From positions 2,240,001 to 2,304,000 of the forward strand of contig CAVZJV010000014.1 of the NCBI GenBank assembly GCA_963775685.1: a stretch of 64,000 bases of DNA, written 5' to 3'. Made by a program: the position numbers and the translations under genes. The stretch is from Candidatus Bathyarchaeota archaeon (GTDB lineage Archaea > Thermoproteota > Bathyarchaeia > Bathyarchaeales > Bathycorpusculaceae). Position 1 is the first letter of the stretch; each line of letters opens with the position of its first letter. Of this stretch, positions 59,617 through 64,000 are shown in pieces. The notes beneath the pieces were generated by a model. The model did not search any database, had not been told where the DNA came from, and was given only the letters and a program-made list of their open reading frames with translations.

Positions 59617-60191
59617 GCGGTTCCAAGACGATTATCAACTGCTTCGCGTTATATCCGGTATTATTATCCAGATACATTTTATAAGCGCCCATGATGATGT
59701 ATAGGTATAGATGAAGGCATCTTAAGATAGCATGCCAGCGGGTTACAGGGTCTCCAGAGAAGGCAACGTCCGCGTTAAAACGGCAAGCGACGCCCGATAA
59801 AGAATTTGTTATATAAGCAAACCACCCAGGAAAATCCTTATCATAACTGCGGCAGCCTCAATCTGTTTCTGATTCAACTAAGAAACCTCACCAATATGAA
59901 AAAAAGAAAAAGGTTGAATCATCGTTTTTCTGAAAATCGATACCAACACTTTCGGCATAGGTACCGTTGAATTTCCTTTGAACGAGTATATCTTATGTCG
60001 TCTTTGTATGACTTCTGGCTGCTGCGAACTGGATATTTAGCTACTTTTTCTTCAATGTTTCTTCATCTCCTCGTTGCTTTTTAGTCGATTTTTAAAGAAA
60101 ATGGGGTGGTGCGGGTGATATATCTGCTTTGAACGGGGTTCAAATTAAGCCGGGGTCAATTTAGGACTGGGGGTTAAAAAAATTAATTGCA

Positions 60192-60291
60192 AGGGTTTGC
60201 TGAGGCTCTGGACTTTAGGAGAAAGAGCAAATGCAAAAGCTCTTTTACTATGGCTATTTCGTTAATTGTTGCCGGAGCCTTCTCAGCCCTT
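60192..60291 (-). repeat. Structured inverted-repeat element (homolog of 42221-42328)
   Basis: Minus strand: GCTGAG-AAG-GCTCCGG...AAAGAGC-TTTTGCATTT-GCTCTTT...CCAGAGCCTCAGCAAACCC. Confidence 0.75.
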
Positions 60292-60355
60292 GTCTTGTTT
60301 TCCACTGTTTTTTTAAGACTAAAAAAGGGGAGAGATTGTTTTGCTTGATATTTGT

Positions 60356-63283
60356 TTATGGTCGTTTCCTGAGCACTAAGATTATGACAACGCCAATTAC
60401 AGCTACAAAGACAAATAGCCCTGCAATTGCCGGTAGGAAGTATTGATCAGACATAGACGGCGCCAGAGTAGGCGAGGGCGATAAAGTCGGATGCTCCTCC
60501 ATTACATTAAACGCCGCAGTTGCAGATGATGGCCAGTAAGCGTTGGTGCCTGCAAAAGTAGCAATAACATTGTATGTGCCTGAAATGTCTGGTTGCCACA
60601 CTAGATTATATGCGCCAGTGTAGTCGGTTGTTGCTGTTCCAATACTTCTAAAGTTTCCGTTTGCATCAACAACATTTATTGTAACATCAACGCCAATAAA
60701 GTTGCTAGGAAGCGCCTTCTGCTGATAGACATAGCCCATCCAGTCTTTCATGATAGAGTCAGCTGCAACTGGAACACCCGCTGGAAAGTCTGCTGCCTGC
60801 TGGCTCTGCTTTGTACCTGCCGAAATATCCGTCACTGCGCCATGTATCACCACTGCCTGTCCTGAGGCTGCCGATAGGTCTGGAGCTGAAACTGTCATTG
60901 CACTGGGTCCTTTGCCGATGCTGTAGATGTTGTTATCCAAGCCGTTCATGCATGTCAAATAGCCGTCTGCAACAGCCCAAGCACTACCAGGAGTAGACCA
61001 CTCACTGGGATAGCCAGAAAGCTGCCAAATCAACTCGCCAGTAGATGCGTTAAGAGCAGTATATGTAGTGCCCTTGTAGAGTGGATTTGGTATGGTGTGT
61101 TCATTTGTTGCCAAGTAGATTACACCGCCAGCAATCGATTGAATAAACGTTGGATAATGCCCATATGAGAGAGATAGGCCAGCGTTTGTGCTGTTGCCTT
61201 CGCCGCCGTTGCCCCATGTCCACTGCAGTTGGCCTGTTACGATATTGTATGCGTAGCATGTGCCTGAGAATCCGCTGGTGTAGAGGTTGCCGTAAGCTGG
61301 AACACTTAGCATAGTGTTGCCCACACCGTAGTAGTCAAAGTCTGCTTGACGCGGAGTTGTGTATAGGAGGTTGCCATTGTCCAAACTGTAGGCTACCCAA
61401 TTGAGTGTTTCCTCATAGTTAAAGTAGAAGACACGGTTCTGGAAATCGACTCCGACGCTATTTGCGTAGGTGATGTTGCCTTGTACGGGGTCGTATGTTT
61501 TCATCCAAAGTATCGAGCCGACAGCTCCGCGTGAGGCGTTGAGGTTAACAGTGAACATCGTGTAAGGAAGCTGCAAGCCGCCATTGCTATTTCCCTTATA
61601 TCCAACGGGTAGTGAGCCGTTTCTGCAGAGCATCACATCGCCATCAGCTAGCTGCGATCACCGATACAGGATTTGATCCCTTAGGTGGCAATGTTACTTC
61701 TCCTGTTGTTGTGCTGTAGGTTGGTGCTAGGGGCATTGTGTTTAGCCAGGGTAGTGAATAGTTCCAGTCGTATGTTGTTATGCCTTGACCGGCAACACCA
61801 ACTCCGCCGCGTTGCCCTCCAATAGTTGTAATGTTAATCGGAATGTCTGCATTGACTGTCGATTGTGGATACCATAAGAAACTGAGACGGTTGATCCACG
61901 TGGGTGAAGTTGGCCTGTAGCTGAGCCGGAGTATTTGGATTAGATGGAATAGTTGAAATTATTACTCAGGTTGCTTGCGTTAATAACAGATGGGTTAAAG
62001 CTTCCACGGCCAGTGTAGGGGTTGACATCGTACTGCCAGAGTTTGCTAGAGTTCCACTCAGACAAATACCATTGCGGATTATTGTTTGTGCCAGCGTTTC
62101 TTATAACATAACGTATTTGCTCACCAGTTGGACCAGACACCGAGGTGCCTGAAGGAACACCAGTTACGTTAAACAACTGCTCGCCTGTGTATGCATCATA
62201 AGCTCTGCCAAAGTTGGATGTGAACAGTATTGGCGGGAAAGTTCCATGTTGATCACCATTCCAAAGATTGTAGATATAGCCAAATGAAAGCGGTGCCACA
62301 TCGGTGCGAGACCAAAGAACTTGCCCTGTACGAAGATCAACAGCCGTGGTTGGTCCACTGCTGGGACCTGTGAAGGAAATTACTTCGGTGTAGAAGAGAA
62401 TGCCGCTGATTATTATTGGATTGCTGAATCTTGGTTCGTATGAGCTGCCTTCGAAGTATGAGACTCCTTGAACTGCACCGTTGGGGTTAGTGCCGCCCTC
62501 GACAAATGCGTTTCCTCCAACAACTCCTCCAAACTGAAGTGGACGTGTCCACATCACGTGAGAGGTCAAAGGTCCTATGCCGTCGGGCACGTAGAGCCTG
62601 TTGCTGGTATAGCCGCTTAGAACGGGTGATCCTGAACCTAGCCAGTCAGAGGAGACTGTCCACCAGTCTGTGCCTTCGCCGTAAATTGGGTGTGTCCAGT
62701 ACTGTGTTGGAAGCGGAGAGCTGCCTAAGGGCCCAGGTATTGGATCTTGCTGAACAGTAAGAGTTGTAGATGCCGTGCTACCTAAGTAAGAGTCGCCTAT
62801 CAGTATTGAGTTTTCGTAGCCGTTGCCGTTCTCGCCGTAGACTTGTCCTGGGTATGTGAAGTTGAAAGTGTATGTGCCGACTTGGTCTGGAGCGAATCTG
62901 GTAAATTGTGAGGATGTGGTGTCTGTTATGGTGGCAAAGGTTTGTGATGTGGTTGTTCCGTCAGGGGCTGTGATTGTGAGCTGGTAGTTTTTGAATCTGT
63001 AAAAGTTTGCTGTCAATGCTGCACTAGTTGTGGAAGCATTCGTGCCAATGGCGGCAGTAGATCCGCCTGCTACTCCGTAAACGGGGTCAAGCCACATGTA
63101 AACGTGTACTTCTTGACCGACTCCTACGGGGTCAGGTGCTGCAACGATGTATGCATAGGTAGGAATATTCCATCCAGGGGTATGCGCATCAGTATAGGGT
63201 ATTAAAGCTATTGAAGCTGTCATTGAAACTGTTAAAATTGCTGCAATCAAAATAGCTAAGCTTTTGTTTTTTAGATTTAGCAT
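60356..63283 (-). CDS. PQQ-like beta-propeller surface protein paralog; frameshifts at ~61640-61950
   Basis: PDPVGVGQ, LPTQYWTHPI, DLRTGQVLW, IYSIGKGPS, C-terminal LRKRP; split over ORFs 61940-63283 and 60356-61636. Confidence 0.88.
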
Positions 63284-63521
63284 TTTTTGTTTTCTCCTTT
63301 ATTCTGTAATTAACATATTGGTCCTCGCTTTGCTTAAAAAAGGTTGTAACAAGTACTCACACTGACAAAATTGTTCAGATAATTTAAATTGAATAAATCC
63401 CATAAATCAAATTTGTGGATTGTTTTAGACAAAATGCCAAAGGGTTGCTGGCTTGTAGAACCATCAGAGAGAAAATCCAAAATTTTGGGCCAAAATTAAC
63501 CTTGACCCTGTCGATAATGTT

Positions 63522-63575
63522 TTCAACTGTTGTGAACCCTTAAATATGTTCAACTGTTGTGAACCCTTAAATATG
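63522..63575 (+). repeat. 27-bp exact tandem duplication containing a TATA-like box
   Basis: ttcaactgttgtgaacccttaaatatg x2. Confidence 0.9.
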
Positions 63576-63615
63576 CCAAGTATATACCATTTATATTCCG
63601 TTAAGGTATTAAATA

Positions 63616-63810
63616 ATGAAAATAACAAAAGAAGTAATCGTATGCTTGATCATCGGTGCAATCTTGGTGTTCTTTGGAACATCAGTCAAGAGTTACATCT
63701 TTGAAGCATTAGCTATTATCATAATAGCTTTCGGTGTCATCTTAGCTGTTTTCTGGGATGACCTCTTCAAGACTAAAAATCGAGACAAACAAGAAAAAAA
63801 GAGGATGTAA
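63616..63810 (+). CDS. Small two-TM membrane protein
   Basis: Hydrophobic 64-aa ORF; stop codon abuts the next ATG. Confidence 0.6.
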   Translation: MKITKEVIVCLIIGAILVFFGTSVKSYIFEALAIIIIAFGVILAVFWDDLFKTKNRDKQEKKRM

Positions 63811-64000
63811 ATGGAATCGTTGTTTAAAAAAATAGTTGCTGTCGCCATAATCGTTATGGTTGCAATTGTGTCTATAGCGGTATTAACGAACGCATACCAA
63901 ACAGTACCAACAGGATACCAGGGTGTCGTGCTCGCATGGGGTAATCCAGTGCGTACTGTCAGTTCAGGACTAAATTTGATTACTCCAATCGCTGAAAATA
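63811..64000 (+). CDS. SPFH/prohibitin-family protein (runs off the window)
   Basis: TM helix then TVPTGYQGVV..WG...GLNLITP. Confidence 0.8.
   Translation, partial: MESLFKKIVAVAIIVMVAIVSIAVLTNAYQTVPTGYQGVVLAWGNPVRTVSSGLNLITPIAEN

Noticed and set aside
2211-63283. Many frameshifts (queC, queT, aqpZ, GT2, UbiA, nitroreductase, ccoN, larE, propeller) as programmed recoding or mass pseudogenisation
   Set aside because: They are scattered single-base indels in otherwise intact genes with no shared slippery motif; uncorrected assembly error is the simplest explanation

Overview
Archaeal chromosome segment, most likely Bathyarchaeia (inferred from psmB-aCPSF1 synteny, D-loop tRNA insertions, PQQ-like beta-propeller surface proteins ending in LRKRP and the integrase C-terminus). 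1-24 kb is mostly housekeeping: dinB, queT-queC, psmB, aCPSF1, sepF, a serine cluster, aqpZ, a DEAD-box helicase, osmoadaptation genes and citrate synthase. 24-47 kb is an accessory region broken up by at least five remnants of the tRNA-Arg(CCU) 3' end, four of them with hairpin insertions, plus an insert-free copy of the D-arm junction. Its cargo includes a cbb3-type oxidase cluster with its own CcmF, UbiA prenyltransferases, a histidine kinase, a beta-propeller gene flanked by direct repeats and small Zn-finger genes. 47-55 kb holds vapBC, a candidate structured ncRNA, and cbiMNQO (with a NikR-type operator) next to larBCE. From 55 kb: intron-containing tRNA-Leu(UAA), an integrase relic and further cargo. 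Best leads: the tRNA-derived cassette-like array, the archaeal cbb3 oxidase, a riboswitch-like leader on queT-queC, and a covarying ~110-nt element after both propeller genes. Many genes carry single-base frameshifts, probably assembly errors. All calls were made by eye; no searches were run.
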